Positions 26,995-35,841 of a DNA stretch of 37,910 nucleotides are shown here, piece after piece. Position numbers and translations under genes: made by a program. How positions within the stretch are numbered: position 1 is the first letter of the stretch; every line of letters begins with the position of its first letter. Source of the stretch: Candidatus Sericytochromatia bacterium (GTDB lineage Bacteria; Cyanobacteriota; Sericytochromatia; S15B-MN24; UBA4093); contig JAKFCT010000076.1 in NCBI GenBank assembly GCA_036676495.1, positions 1 through 37,910 of the forward strand, given 5' to 3'. A model generated the notes under the pieces. That model saw only the letters and a program-made list of their open reading frames with translations, did not search any database and was not told the origin of the DNA.

Positions 26995-27670
26995 CCGAAT
27001 ACACTCCTCTAGCCTGGTCGAGCACGAGGCGACCGTGGTCGATGGTGACGACCCGGCGCCGCATGTTGTCCACCACCAGCTTGTTGTGGGTGGCCACCAC
27101 GACGGTTGTCCCGTGCATGTTGATCTTGGTCAGTAGGCGCATGATCTCCCATGAGGTCTCGGGGTCCAGGTTCCCCGTGGGCTCGTCGGCGATCAGCAGG
27201 GGAGGCGTGTTGACGATGGCCCGCGCCAGGCAGACCCGCTGCTGCTGTCCTCCCGAAAGTTGGTGCGGCAGGCAATCGGCGCTATCCCTCAGGCCCACCA
27301 GGTCAAGGGCCGAGCGGACCCGCTTTTGCATTTCGACCCGGCTCACGCCGAGCACCTTGAGCGCGAAGGCGACGTTCTCGAAGACCGTCCGCTGCGGAAG
27401 CAGCTTGTAATCCTGGAAGACCACGCCGATCCGCTGGCGCAGGCCCGGCATCTGGGCCTGCGAGAGGCGAGTGATGTCGACTCCGCCCACCAGGACCTGG
27501 CCGGAGGTCGGCTCTTCGGCCCGGTAAAGGAGCTTCATGAGGGTGGACTTGCCGGCGCCGGAAGGCCCGACCAGGAAGACGAACTCCCCCGCCTGGACCT
27601 CCAGGTTGAGCCCCTGAAGCGCCTTCACCCCCGTGGGATAGACCTTGGAAACCTGCTTGAGCTTGATCAC
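26981..27670 (-). CDS. ftsE: Cell division ATP-binding protein FtsE
   Basis: [36 protein letters not shown]; true start is GTG 27670, inside the longer ORF call. Confidence 0.95.
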   Translation of the reverse strand: MIKLKQVSKVYPTGVKALQGLNLEVQAGEFVFLVGPSGAGKSTLMKLLYRAEEPTSGQVLVGGVDITRLSQAQMPGLRQRIGVVFQDYKLLPQRTVFENVAFALKVLGVSRVEMQKRVRSALDLVGLRDSADCLPHQLSGGQQQRVCLARAIVNTPPLLIADEPTGNLDPETSWEIMRLLTKINMHGTTVVVATHNKLVVDNMRRRVVTIDHGRLVLDQARGVYSVGVN

Positions 27671-28419
27671 GCGGCTTTCCTCTCCTTCGCGCCACGCAGC
27701 ACGAGCCACGCGAATCGGGGTAGGGTTCCGGCCATGCGCCTCCAGCGCCACGGCTCCTGGTAGAGCCGGAAGAGCCACTCGAGATGCAGGCGCTGCATCC
27801 AGACGGGAGCGCGCTGGACCCGCTCGGCGAAGACGTCGAACGATCCTCCCACTCCCATGGCCACCGGGACGCCCAGGGCTTCCTGGTGACGGGCGATCCA
27901 CTTCTCCTGGCGGGGCACCCCCAGGGCCACCAGGATCACGTCGGGACGCGTCTCGCGGATGGCTTCCAGGACACCGGGCTCCTCCTCGGGCTTCCAGAAG
28001 CCGTCCCGGACTCCCGCGACGATCAGGCCCGGCGTCAGCCGCTGCAGGACCTCCGCGGCGGTTTGAGCCACCCCGGGAGCCGCTCCCAGGAGGAAGAGCC
28101 GATGGCCGCCCTCGGCGCAGAAGCGCGAGAGGTGCCGGACGAAGTCCACGCCCGCCAGCTTCGAGACCCGCAGGCCCCGCCGCCGCAACGCCCACACCAC
28201 CCCCGACCCGTCGGGGATCACCAGGCCCGCCTCCCGGATGATGGCGGCGAGCTCGGCATCGGCATGCGCCTGCATGGCCATCTCGGCGTTGATCGTCACC
28301 ACCCGGAGCGGCTTGCGCTCTTGGAGGTGTTCGCCGACCCGGGCCAAGGCCTCCTCGAGACCCAGCGGATCGACCGGCAAACCCAGCACTTCGGAGCGCA
28401 TCACGACACTGTCCCTCAT
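27667..28419 (-). CDS. WecB/TagA/CpsF family glycosyltransferase
   Basis: TINAE, PDGSG, VALGVPRQEKWI, GVGGSFD, RAP, LEWLFRL; start trimmed to ATG 28419. Confidence 0.93.
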   Translation of the reverse strand: MRDSVVMRSEVLGLPVDPLGLEEALARVGEHLQERKPLRVVTINAEMAMQAHADAELAAIIREAGLVIPDGSGVVWALRRRGLRVSKLAGVDFVRHLSRFCAEGGHRLFLLGAAPGVAQTAAEVLQRLTPGLIVAGVRDGFWKPEEEPGVLEAIRETRPDVILVALGVPRQEKWIARHQEALGVPVAMGVGGSFDVFAERVQRAPVWMQRLHLEWLFRLYQEPWRWRRMAGTLPRFAWLVLRGAKERKAA

Positions 28420-28421
28420 GG

Positions 28422-29552
28422 CTATACCCTCTGTGGTTCGGGGCTTAACCCCAGGATCCGGTCGGCATGCTCGAAATTGAGGCGCGCGCGCCCGACGATT
28501 GCGGTGGACGCCTCTTGCATCCGCTCGCGGAAGGCGTGGCGATCGCGCCACAGGCCCATCAGCGTCTCTTCCAGCGTCGCCGCGTCCTCCAAGGCCTCCA
28601 CCGAGGAGATCACCGGGAAGCCCCACTGAGCCGAGAAGTGCGCCACCTTCGGATCGTAGGCGATCCCCACGGCCGGCACGCCGCGCGCCGCCGCCATGAT
28701 CACCGCGTGAAGCCGCATCGCCACCACCATGTCCAGCCGGCCGATCAGGCCCAGCATCTCCTGGGGAGAGAGTTGCTCATGCAGCATCGCCACCGCGGGG
28801 GCCTGCCGCTCCGGTCGATACGAGAGGCAATCGCGCAGCTCTTCGGTGATGCGCTCGTCGCCGGGCTGCTGGAAAGGCAAGAGCAGCACCTGTGCGCCCG
28901 TGGCGCTGGCCACATGACTGATGACGGAGGAGAAGACCTTGAACTGGCGCTCGAACCAGGTATGCCAGGGACGCACGGAGATCCCGATGGTGGGCACGTC
29001 CGCGCGCAGGCCGGTTCCCGCCCAGATCTGCGCGATCCGCCCCGCGTCCGCCGGTTCCAGGCAGAGCACCGGGTCGGCCGTGAGCACGACGCGATCGCGC
29101 GGCAGGCGCATGGCGGCCAGCAGGTCCACGGAGGCCTGATCCCGGACGGTCATCACCCGGGTCCCGGAGAAGGCGGCCTTAACGAGCATGCGATTGAACG
29201 GAGAACCCAGGGGGCCGACTCCCTGGCCGAAGACCATGGTGGGAACCCGCATCATCTGGGCAATCTTGAGCAGGCCGCCGTAGTAGGCGACGGAGAAGGG
29301 ACCGGTGACGTCCTGCATGAGGCCGCCGCCGCCGCTGAGGAAGAGGCTCGCTCCGCGCAGCTCCTGAAGGATGGCGGCCATGTCCGTACGCCCGATGGCC
29401 CTCACGCCATGCTCCAGCGACGTCCGGGCCGGATCCGCCGACAGCACCACCAGGTCGGCCCGAGGGCCGAGTTGCTGCACGACGGTCGAGAGGATGGCCT
29501 CGTCTCCGAGGTTTCCGAAACCGTAGTAGCCCGAAATGACGACGCGCGACAC
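28422..29552 (-). CDS. csaB: Polysaccharide pyruvyl transferase CsaB
   Basis: SGYYGFGNLGDEAIL, SGGGGLMQDVT, QGVGP, VRD, ADP, MRLHA, YDPKV. Confidence 0.92.
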   Translation of the reverse strand: MSRVVISGYYGFGNLGDEAILSTVVQQLGPRADLVVLSADPARTSLEHGVRAIGRTDMAAILQELRGASLFLSGGGGLMQDVTGPFSVAYYGGLLKIAQMMRVPTMVFGQGVGPLGSPFNRMLVKAAFSGTRVMTVRDQASVDLLAAMRLPRDRVVLTADPVLCLEPADAGRIAQIWAGTGLRADVPTIGISVRPWHTWFERQFKVFSSVISHVASATGAQVLLLPFQQPGDERITEELRDCLSYRPERQAPAVAMLHEQLSPQEMLGLIGRLDMVVAMRLHAVIMAAARGVPAVGIAYDPKVAHFSAQWGFPVISSVEALEDAATLEETLMGLWRDRHAFRERMQEASTAIVGRARLNFEHADRILGLSPEPQRV

Positions 29553-29660
29553 GCTGATCCTTCCTCGATCGACCCCAGAGCAATGCTCATGGTTGCTGCA
29601 GGCGCTAACCCTCTCATTGTACCTTGTTCGAGTCCCAGCGGCCTAGTCTCATCAAGGCTT

Positions 29661-29692
29661 GTCCCCTAGATGAGGGGACGCCGGGGGGTGTT
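29661..29692 (-). repeat. Inverted short member of the AACACCCCCC/GTCCCC-GGGGAC repeat family
   Basis: Reverse complement AACACCCCCCGGCGTCCCCTCATCTAGGGGAC parallels 7005-7083 and 29768-29804. Confidence 0.55.
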
Positions 29693-29767
29693 GATCGGCG
29701 AGGGCATGACATTCCTCGTTTCTGAGGAACCTGGGAGCAGGATTCATAGTTTTCAGCCGCAGGCGCT

Positions 29768-29806
29768 CCCCTCGGCTTCGCCGGTCCCCCCGTCAAGGGG
29801 GGACAA
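29768..29806 (+). repeat. Palindromic dispersed repeat, uninterrupted copy
   Basis: CCCCTCGGCTTCGCCGGTCCCCCCGTCAAGGGGGGACAA, double hairpin just downstream of the MshEN gene. Confidence 0.7.
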
Positions 29807-29817
29807 GACAGAGAAGA

Positions 29818-30549
29818 TTAAACGGAGAGCGAAAGCTGCTCGGCGAGAGCGCGCGCGATCTGCTCGTTGGTGCAGAGTCCCAGCGCCAGCAAGGAGCCTC
29901 CGAGGAGGCCGCCGGTCACGGTCTGGTGCGAGAGCGCGAAGCTCAACTGCTCCTCGCTGAGCACGCCCTGCTTGACCAGGATCTGGCCGAGGCGCAGCTC
30001 CTGGAGGTGGAAGCGCAGGGTCATGTGGAGCTGTTCGGCCGTCAGGTAGCCCAGCTCGACCATGATCTCGGAAAGCAGCCGATCGGGCTGGGTGGCGAGC
30101 ACCTCGAAGCCATGCTCGATCTGCTCGGCGGTGGCGAGCTTGCGGTTCAGGAGCACCTGTCCCACCCGGCGCTCAAGGTTTTGCTGGGAGAGCGCCCAGT
30201 CGACCGCTTCCTGGGAGCACGCCCCCTGGGTTTGCAGGATCTCGCCCAGGAGTTGCCCCGTCCGGGTCTGCTCGTCCAGGGCCGCTTGAAGCGCCGGGAG
30301 GTCCACCGCGCCGATCCGCAGGAGGATCTGGCCGAGGCGGGCGTTCTGGAGCTGCTCACGCAGGGCCGCGCGCAGGTCCTCCGAGCTGATCTCGCCGGCC
30401 TCGGTCAGGATCTCGCCCAGCTTCACGCCGGTCTGGGCCTGGGTTTCCAGGGCGGCGTCGAGCTTTTCGGCGCTCAGCAGGCCGCGCCGGAGCAAAATCT
30501 GCCCCAAGCGGGAGTCCTGGATCTCCTGTTGCGAGTGAGTCTCGGCCAT
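29818..30549 (-). CDS. Stand-alone protein with four tandem MshEN (c-di-GMP-binding) domains
   Basis: Eight copies of RLGxxLxxxGxxxxxxLxxxLxxQ-like motifs; start ATG 30549 after AGGGGGG. Confidence 0.85.
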   Translation of the reverse strand: MAETHSQQEIQDSRLGQILLRRGLLSAEKLDAALETQAQTGVKLGEILTEAGEISSEDLRAALREQLQNARLGQILLRIGAVDLPALQAALDEQTRTGQLLGEILQTQGACSQEAVDWALSQQNLERRVGQVLLNRKLATAEQIEHGFEVLATQPDRLLSEIMVELGYLTAEQLHMTLRFHLQELRLGQILVKQGVLSEEQLSFALSHQTVTGGLLGGSLLALGLCTNEQIARALAEQLSLSV

Positions 30550-30632
30550 ACGCCCCCCCTTCATCGACGCCCCATCCTTGACGAATCCTATCAAGAAACC
30601 CTCAAGCGTGGCAATCGTTGGGTGCGCATGCG

Positions 30633-32114
30633 CTACTTCGACCGACCCGCCACCTTTCGGATGACGCGCTCCAGCGCGGCTCGTTGCGGACTCCGGGCCG
30701 GATTCGCGCCCATCACCGACGCTCGGGGCGCTTCCGGAGGAATCCCGATGCCCAGGGGGCCATCCTCCGGAAGCCGGGACAAGGTCCGGTAAGCGCCGAG
30801 CGTTGCCGTCTGCTTGTTGTAGGTGGCCCCGTAAACCGTTCCGTACGTGTAGGCCTCCTCCTGGAAGCCAGCACGTCCGGGGTTGAGGGCGGAATCGAGG
30901 CGCACGGCGTATGAGGTTCCGGGTTTGAGCTTGGGGCCCAGCGACTCGAAGAGCGGCACCTCTATGCTGGCCGTACTGGTCTGATGCGAGACGACGCGCC
31001 AGACGTGCTTGTCGTCGAAGAGGTCCAGGACGAACGCGTTGGCTCCCGGGACGACCGCGTCCGGAAGAATCTGGAAGGACACCCCGTGCTCCTCCGAACC
31101 CGGCCGATAGTTCTTCCAGGTGGCTTCCGGCAGCCATGACAGCAGACGCGAGCCCGGAGTCACGTTCCGACGCTCACGAGCCGCCAGCATGGCGGAGGCG
31201 TCAACGGCCATGGCCTCGGCGGTGATCGTGTAGGACGCCCCCGGGATGCCGAAGCTCGTCACCGGCGGGAGGTCCCAGGGCGAAGTCAAGAGATCTCCGG
31301 TAAGCACGGCCAGCGGCAGTCGGTTCTCCACGATCGGGGACTCGCTCGGCCAGGTCAAGTAGTAGCCGACCGCCAAGACACTATCCGTCTCGAACTGCGA
31401 AACGCTCGTCCGGAAGGTGCCGAACGCAGGCGTGGCCTTGAGGTTGACCGCGAGCGTCTCACCGACCGGCCCCTGGCTGGCGCCGGCGATGTCTCCGTCG
31501 AACCCGTAGGCCAGCACGGTCGCCTCTCCGTCGGGCAAGGCCACGTCCACGCTGGCCGTCCCCGCTTCCGAGAGGGCGACGTCCGCGAAGGCTTCCAGCT
31601 TCGCGTAGGCAAAGCCCGCGCGCTTCACGGCCACGGAAATAAAGGCCGTGGTCGCGCTCCCCGGGGGAGCCGTGACCGCGATGCTGCGAGAGGAGACGGC
31701 GACGCTCTCGGTGGAGGCCGGACGCGTCATCAGCAGGGGGCCTCCGGAGTAGCCATGCACCGTCAGGTTCGTGTATCCCGACGAGGCCACCGTGATCGAC
31801 GGGCTGGCGATCGCCGCGGAATAGGTCGCCGTGAAGGTTCCGCCCAGCGCGAGCGGACCGAACTTCCCGTTGAAGAAGACGAGCGGGGCCGTGAGGAGCT
31901 TTCCGGTCTCCTGGTCGTAAACCGCGCCGGAGAGGCTCTTCACCTCGGGGGTCGGGGTCGCGGACGGCGTCGGAGTCGGGCTGGGCGTCGGGGTTGCCAT
32001 CAAGGGGGCATAAGGCTTGTCCGGGCTGGGGCAACCCGCCAGGGCGGCCATGACGGGGATCAGGAGGGCCGCACCCAGAGGAGCGAGCCAGAAGCGACGG
32101 GACATGCGATTCAT
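30633..32114 (-). CDS. Lipoprotein with Pro/Thr linker and beta-sandwich domains
   Basis: SRRFW...LAGC lipobox, TPTPSPTPTPSATPTP linker, LSGAVYD strand typical of carboxypeptidase-regulatory-like domains. Confidence 0.75.
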   Translation of the reverse strand: MNRMSRRFWLAPLGAALLIPVMAALAGCPSPDKPYAPLMATPTPSPTPTPSATPTPEVKSLSGAVYDQETGKLLTAPLVFFNGKFGPLALGGTFTATYSAAIASPSITVASSGYTNLTVHGYSGGPLLMTRPASTESVAVSSRSIAVTAPPGSATTAFISVAVKRAGFAYAKLEAFADVALSEAGTASVDVALPDGEATVLAYGFDGDIAGASQGPVGETLAVNLKATPAFGTFRTSVSQFETDSVLAVGYYLTWPSESPIVENRLPLAVLTGDLLTSPWDLPPVTSFGIPGASYTITAEAMAVDASAMLAARERRNVTPGSRLLSWLPEATWKNYRPGSEEHGVSFQILPDAVVPGANAFVLDLFDDKHVWRVVSHQTSTASIEVPLFESLGPKLKPGTSYAVRLDSALNPGRAGFQEEAYTYGTVYGATYNKQTATLGAYRTLSRLPEDGPLGIGIPPEAPRASVMGANPARSPQRAALERVIRKVAGRSK

Positions 32115-32132
32115 GAAAGACTCCTTAGTCGT

Positions 32133-33404
32133 CTACTCGGCCTTGAACGATCCGTTGGCGTATGCCGAGTAGGACTCGCCGCTGAAGGCGGGCCCGAAGG
32201 TGGGATGCGTGTCCTTGCGGACCCAGTACTCGAACGAATAGTCTTTGCCGGCCTTGATGGGGTAGTGCTCCGCGAGGGAGGCGGGGAAAGCCGGGGGCGT
32301 CAGGCGATCCGCATGGCCGTCCGCGAGGTGGACGTACCACTTGGGCCGATAGGTCGACTCCCCGGGTTCGAGGCCCCAGAAGACCACCATCTGCGAGGTA
32401 TAGCCCTTCCCGGCGGGATTCTGCCAGGTGATCGTCGGGATGACCGAGGCCGTTCCGCTCTTCGGGGCCAGCACCTGCGGGGGATCGATCAAGCGAATGG
32501 GCCCGATCGAGGCTGGCATTGTGGTCGCCGCGAGCCGCGCCCGGTAGCCCGAGGTCCCGGCGCTCGAGTCATACGACCCCAGGAGGACGTCGTAGCCCTT
32601 CATCCCCGCGGTCAGGCCGCTGGGCACGTGTGACTTCTTGGATTCGTACGCGAGCACGTTGGGTCCGTAGTAGGTCCAGCCCTCTCCGTAGACACCGACC
32701 ATGGCCTGTTCAAAGCGGCTGAAGTACGGCGTCGCCTCGATCTCGAGCTTGGGCTCGACGCGCGTTTGCACCGCCAGCTCGCCGGAGTTGAAGGCGACCG
32801 TCGTCTTACCGCCCGCGCTGCCGGTGATCGGCTTGCGCGCCATCAGGGTCCCGTCCGAGTTGGTGAGGACGACCTCGACCGCCCCGGGGGCCGTCCGAAT
32901 CGAGGCGCTGGCGATCGCCTCGCCGCTTGAAGCGTAGAGGCTGCGGCTCATCGCGAAATAGGCGTTTCCGACCGAGGCCTCCAGCCCTCCCGACGGAAGA
33001 TCCGCCTTGGGGAAGGTGATCTCGTATTCGGTGAGGTCGGGATTCGCCGCTCCCCAGTCGAGGTTGAGGATGAAGGCCTTCTCATCGCCCCTCAAGCCCA
33101 TATACGTATTGGGAAGGTAGCCCCCATCCTTGAGGAAGGTCACCGTATAAGGGCCCGCCCCCAAATCCGAGAAAGCGAACTTCCCCTGGGCATCCGTCTT
33201 GATCGTCCGATCCCCGACGAAAGCCGTCGCGTCCGGCACCGGCGCCCCGACGTTCGAGTACAAGGTGCCGGAGAGCGTGCCGGGCGGGGTCTCGGGAGTC
33301 TCATTTCCGGTGGGGTTCTGGGGCGACACGGCGGCCTCCGGGCAACCGGTGAGGCCGAGGAGCGAGAGGGCTGCCAGGGAGACGATCAGACTGCGACGTT
33401 TCAT
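32133..33404 (-). CDS. Lipoprotein with carboxypeptidase-regulatory-like domain
   Basis: LTGC lipobox; GTLSGTLY...PVPDATAFV...TDAQGKFAF...GPYTVTFLKDG. Confidence 0.78.
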   Translation of the reverse strand: MKRRSLIVSLAALSLLGLTGCPEAAVSPQNPTGNETPETPPGTLSGTLYSNVGAPVPDATAFVGDRTIKTDAQGKFAFSDLGAGPYTVTFLKDGGYLPNTYMGLRGDEKAFILNLDWGAANPDLTEYEITFPKADLPSGGLEASVGNAYFAMSRSLYASSGEAIASASIRTAPGAVEVVLTNSDGTLMARKPITGSAGGKTTVAFNSGELAVQTRVEPKLEIEATPYFSRFEQAMVGVYGEGWTYYGPNVLAYESKKSHVPSGLTAGMKGYDVLLGSYDSSAGTSGYRARLAATTMPASIGPIRLIDPPQVLAPKSGTASVIPTITWQNPAGKGYTSQMVVFWGLEPGESTYRPKWYVHLADGHADRLTPPAFPASLAEHYPIKAGKDYSFEYWVRKDTHPTFGPAFSGESYSAYANGSFKAE

Positions 33405-33423
33405 GGGACCACCTTTCTGCGTG

Positions 33424-34068
33424 CTACCAGCGATATCCGACGGCCAATCCGTTGAAGGTTCTCAGCCCCGACGAGAAGGCTGAGGCTCCCGTACCGAGTT
33501 CTTGGGGGACCGCCCAGGACTCGTAGCCGAGCGTGAGGACGCCTTCTGTAGGGAGCTGAAGCGTCATGCCTGCGCCGTACGAGGGCAGGGAGAGCCCATT
33601 GGGGCTAAACCCTCCGCCTTGGGCCTTCGCGGTGATCAACTGGTTATGGAAGCCGAAGGCGTAGAGGCCAACGGGAGCCAAGACGTCCCCAATCCAGGGA
33701 AGCACGCTCAGGGGCAGCGACGCGCTCAAGCCGGCCTCGATCCCTCCGTAGGTATCCTCTCCGGAGCCGTCGTAGTAAGCCCAGATTTGGCGGTAGCCCA
33801 ACAGCCCGCGCAAGGAAAGGGGAGCTTCGAGGATGGGAGCGGGGATGCGGAGGGCGCCTTGGAGGACTTGCATCTGCCCGCCAGTGAGCCGATCGAGCGT
33901 AGGAACGTAATCGATCTGCAGCACACCCTGAGGGACTACGGCCTGGATGTTTCCGGACGCGCCGGGGATGGGCAGGTAGTAAAGCCCGTTCTCCGGGACG
34001 GCCGATGCCGGGGCAACCCGCATGAGCGAAGCCGTGAGGAAAGCAAGCGCGAGGGCAAGGCGGTTCAT
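33424..34068 (-). CDS. Putative small outer-membrane beta-barrel protein
   Basis: Signal peptide ending ASA; amphipathic strands; C-terminal GLAVGYRW beta-signal-like ending. Confidence 0.6.
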   Translation of the reverse strand: MNRLALALAFLTASLMRVAPASAVPENGLYYLPIPGASGNIQAVVPQGVLQIDYVPTLDRLTGGQMQVLQGALRIPAPILEAPLSLRGLLGYRQIWAYYDGSGEDTYGGIEAGLSASLPLSVLPWIGDVLAPVGLYAFGFHNQLITAKAQGGGFSPNGLSLPSYGAGMTLQLPTEGVLTLGYESWAVPQELGTGASAFSSGLRTFNGLAVGYRW

Positions 34069-34084
34069 GGGGACGTCCTTTCGG

Positions 34085-34669
34085 TTAGCGCGTCATGTCG
34101 ACTTCGACGAACGTCCGGAGGTTCTTGGAGGCGTCGTAAGTGTCGATTTTGAGGGGAATCCCGAGGGCCGGCGCGTAGAGGATCTGGCCGAAGACGTCCT
34201 TGCTTTCGTTGAAGACGTACTCCTGGATCTTCTGGCCTTGATAGTGGCCGTCTCGAACGTACTTGGCCTCTTGTTTGAGGCGGGGGCCGACGAGGACGAG
34301 GGCGCCCAGGGCCTCGGGGTTCTGGGCGATCGCCGAGAACTTGGCCTGGCGGAGTGCCTGCAGGTCGAGCGCCTTCCGCACGTTCCGGGCAGGATCATTC
34401 AGGCTGCCCGTGGTGGGAGTCACGGAGATCGTGGCGAGTGGCGGCATCTTGGTGGCCTTCCCATTGAGAATGCCGTAGGTCAACTGCCACTGCCCATTCG
34501 ATAGCTCGAGGGTACCGGGAATTCGCTGGGCATCCGGATCACCGGGGACGGGGGAGAGGACTTTCAATGTCGCATGGAGCGAGCCTGCCACGGCATGGCT
34601 GGCAGCGGCATGGCCGAGAACCATGATCAACGCAGCCCCGATAGCGAGTGGTTTCACGAGATGACGCAT
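34085..34669 (-). CDS. Secreted/periplasmic hypothetical protein
   Basis: Signal peptide ending SHA; AAGGA RBS; short gaps to neighbours. Confidence 0.7.
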   Translation of the reverse strand: MRHLVKPLAIGAALIMVLGHAAASHAVAGSLHATLKVLSPVPGDPDAQRIPGTLELSNGQWQLTYGILNGKATKMPPLATISVTPTTGSLNDPARNVRKALDLQALRQAKFSAIAQNPEALGALVLVGPRLKQEAKYVRDGHYQGQKIQEYVFNESKDVFGQILYAPALGIPLKIDTYDASKNLRTFVEVDMTR

Positions 34670-34681
34670 GGCGTGTCCTTT

Positions 34682-35071
34682 CTAGAACGTCCAAGAAGCA
34701 CCGAGACTTCTCCTTGGTGGGGCATAGCTATTGGCTAGCATTCCAGATCCTGACGGCCCGGCTACGATGTTGGTATGAGGATGGTTTCGGCCGGGCAAGT
34801 AGTACTCGCTCCGGAGGGCTTCGAGAAAGTCGTTAGGTCCTCGGACCTGCCAGCGCTGGCTGTCGAAATCGCCCCCACTGCGCTTGACGGTGGTGCTGAT
34901 GTGATTGGCGTTGAGGGGGATGGGGTGCTCGAACGGTACGTGGCCGAAAAGATTCTGTTGATAGACGAATTGTAAGACGGGACGTGTCGCCGGGGCCTCG
35001 TGGTCAAGGTCCGCCGCAAGGACCGGAAGGGTAGGCAAGAAGACGGCGATCGCCACCCAGGCACTCATCAT
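34682..35071 (-). CDS. Small exported hypothetical protein with a TonB-receptor-like C-terminus
   Basis: GGAGGAGGAG RBS before ATG 35071 (ORF-track start 35233 is too long); hydrophobic N-terminus; ends YAPPRRSLGASWTF. Confidence 0.55.
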   Translation of the reverse strand: MMSAWVAIAVFLPTLPVLAADLDHEAPATRPVLQFVYQQNLFGHVPFEHPIPLNANHISTTVKRSGGDFDSQRWQVRGPNDFLEALRSEYYLPGRNHPHTNIVAGPSGSGMLANSYAPPRRSLGASWTF

Positions 35072-35139
35072 GGTCTTAATCTCCTCCTCCGATCGGTTCT
35101 GTTTTCGAAAATGCGTTGTCGCTACCGGCAATGACTGTT

Positions 35140-35303
35140 GAGGGTTACCCTGGCGATCGGTCATCCCGGTGACCGAGTCAAATGCGTCGTGTAGGTAGCA
35201 AAGGGGGTTGCCCCGGGTCTGGATCTTAGTCACGTCTTGCCAAGAACCGTGGTGCCCGAAGATCTTCAGGGTGACGGCAGTCCGCTCTATTGTCGTGGGT
35301 GAC
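35140..35303 (-). pseudogene. Possible RHS-core remnant
   Basis: Reads ...NPLCYLHDAFDSVTGMTDRQGN, resembling the RHS YYxxDxLGSVxxLTDxxG segment; no RBS-supported start; boundaries approximate. Confidence 0.45.
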
Positions 35304-35352
35304 GATGCCCAGGGAGTAGCTTCTTTCCCTCCTTGGGCTATGCAGTTTTCAA
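35304..35352. repeat. 49-bp hairpin element at a toxin-cassette boundary, copy 1
   Basis: 39/49 ungapped identity to 36211-36259; stem GCCCAGGGAG/CTCCTTGGGC. Confidence 0.75.
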
Positions 35353-35382
35353 GGCTCGAGTATTCTTTGACTGTTCTGGTAA

Positions 35383-35841
35383 TTATTCTGGATTTCTTTG
35401 CTCAACTGAAAAGCCAGTTGCGGGCGAAAAGGATAAAATGTAATCTCTTGTGTAAAGCATGAAGTAATCGTCGATATCATCATAATCTCCCTGACGCATA
35501 ACAATTCTTATATTATTAGAAAATACGGCTTCAATCTCATTGGCGCTTGTCCGACGTATTTGAGTTAGCGACTTGCCTAAAAATACTTCCAATATAGCTT
35601 CATTTTCTGGGGATATTTCCTCGCTGCCTACTAGGGTTTTGCTTCCATCGGCAATATCCCAGTCACACAAGTAAATAAATAGCTCACTTTCCCCTTTATG
35701 TCCTATAGCTCCGTTCCTTCGTTTAAACTCATAGAGGCTTCCAAACTCTAAGTGAATAAATGACCCAACCCCTAATGTCGCTAGTGAGCATGGGAGGTGC
35801 TTAATTAGAGATACTACATGCTGAAGCGCTACAGGCTTCAA
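35383..35841 (-). CDS. Putative immunity protein of the orphan toxin cassette
   Basis: AT-rich; TTG start overlaps the TGA of the toxin remnant (TTGA) with AGGAGA RBS; GVGSFIHLEFG...GESELFIYLCDW. Confidence 0.65.
   Translation of the reverse strand: MKPVALQHVVSLIKHLPCSLATLGVGSFIHLEFGSLYEFKRRNGAIGHKGESELFIYLCDWDIADGSKTLVGSEEISPENEAILEVFLGKSLTQIRRTSANEIEAVFSNNIRIVMRQGDYDDIDDYFMLYTRDYILSFSPATGFSVEQRNPE

Noticed and set aside
27671-28195. Long N-terminal extensions of ftsE and of rplU, ribD, the MshEN gene and the 34682 ORF
   Set aside because: They overlap neighbouring genes or leaders, and internal starts at the family N-terminus have better RBS or promoter support
35325-35352. Xer/dif-like 28-bp site within the cassette-boundary repeat
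   Set aside because: No inverted 11-6-11 arrangement with ATAA/TTATG inner ends; only a weak CTATG resemblance
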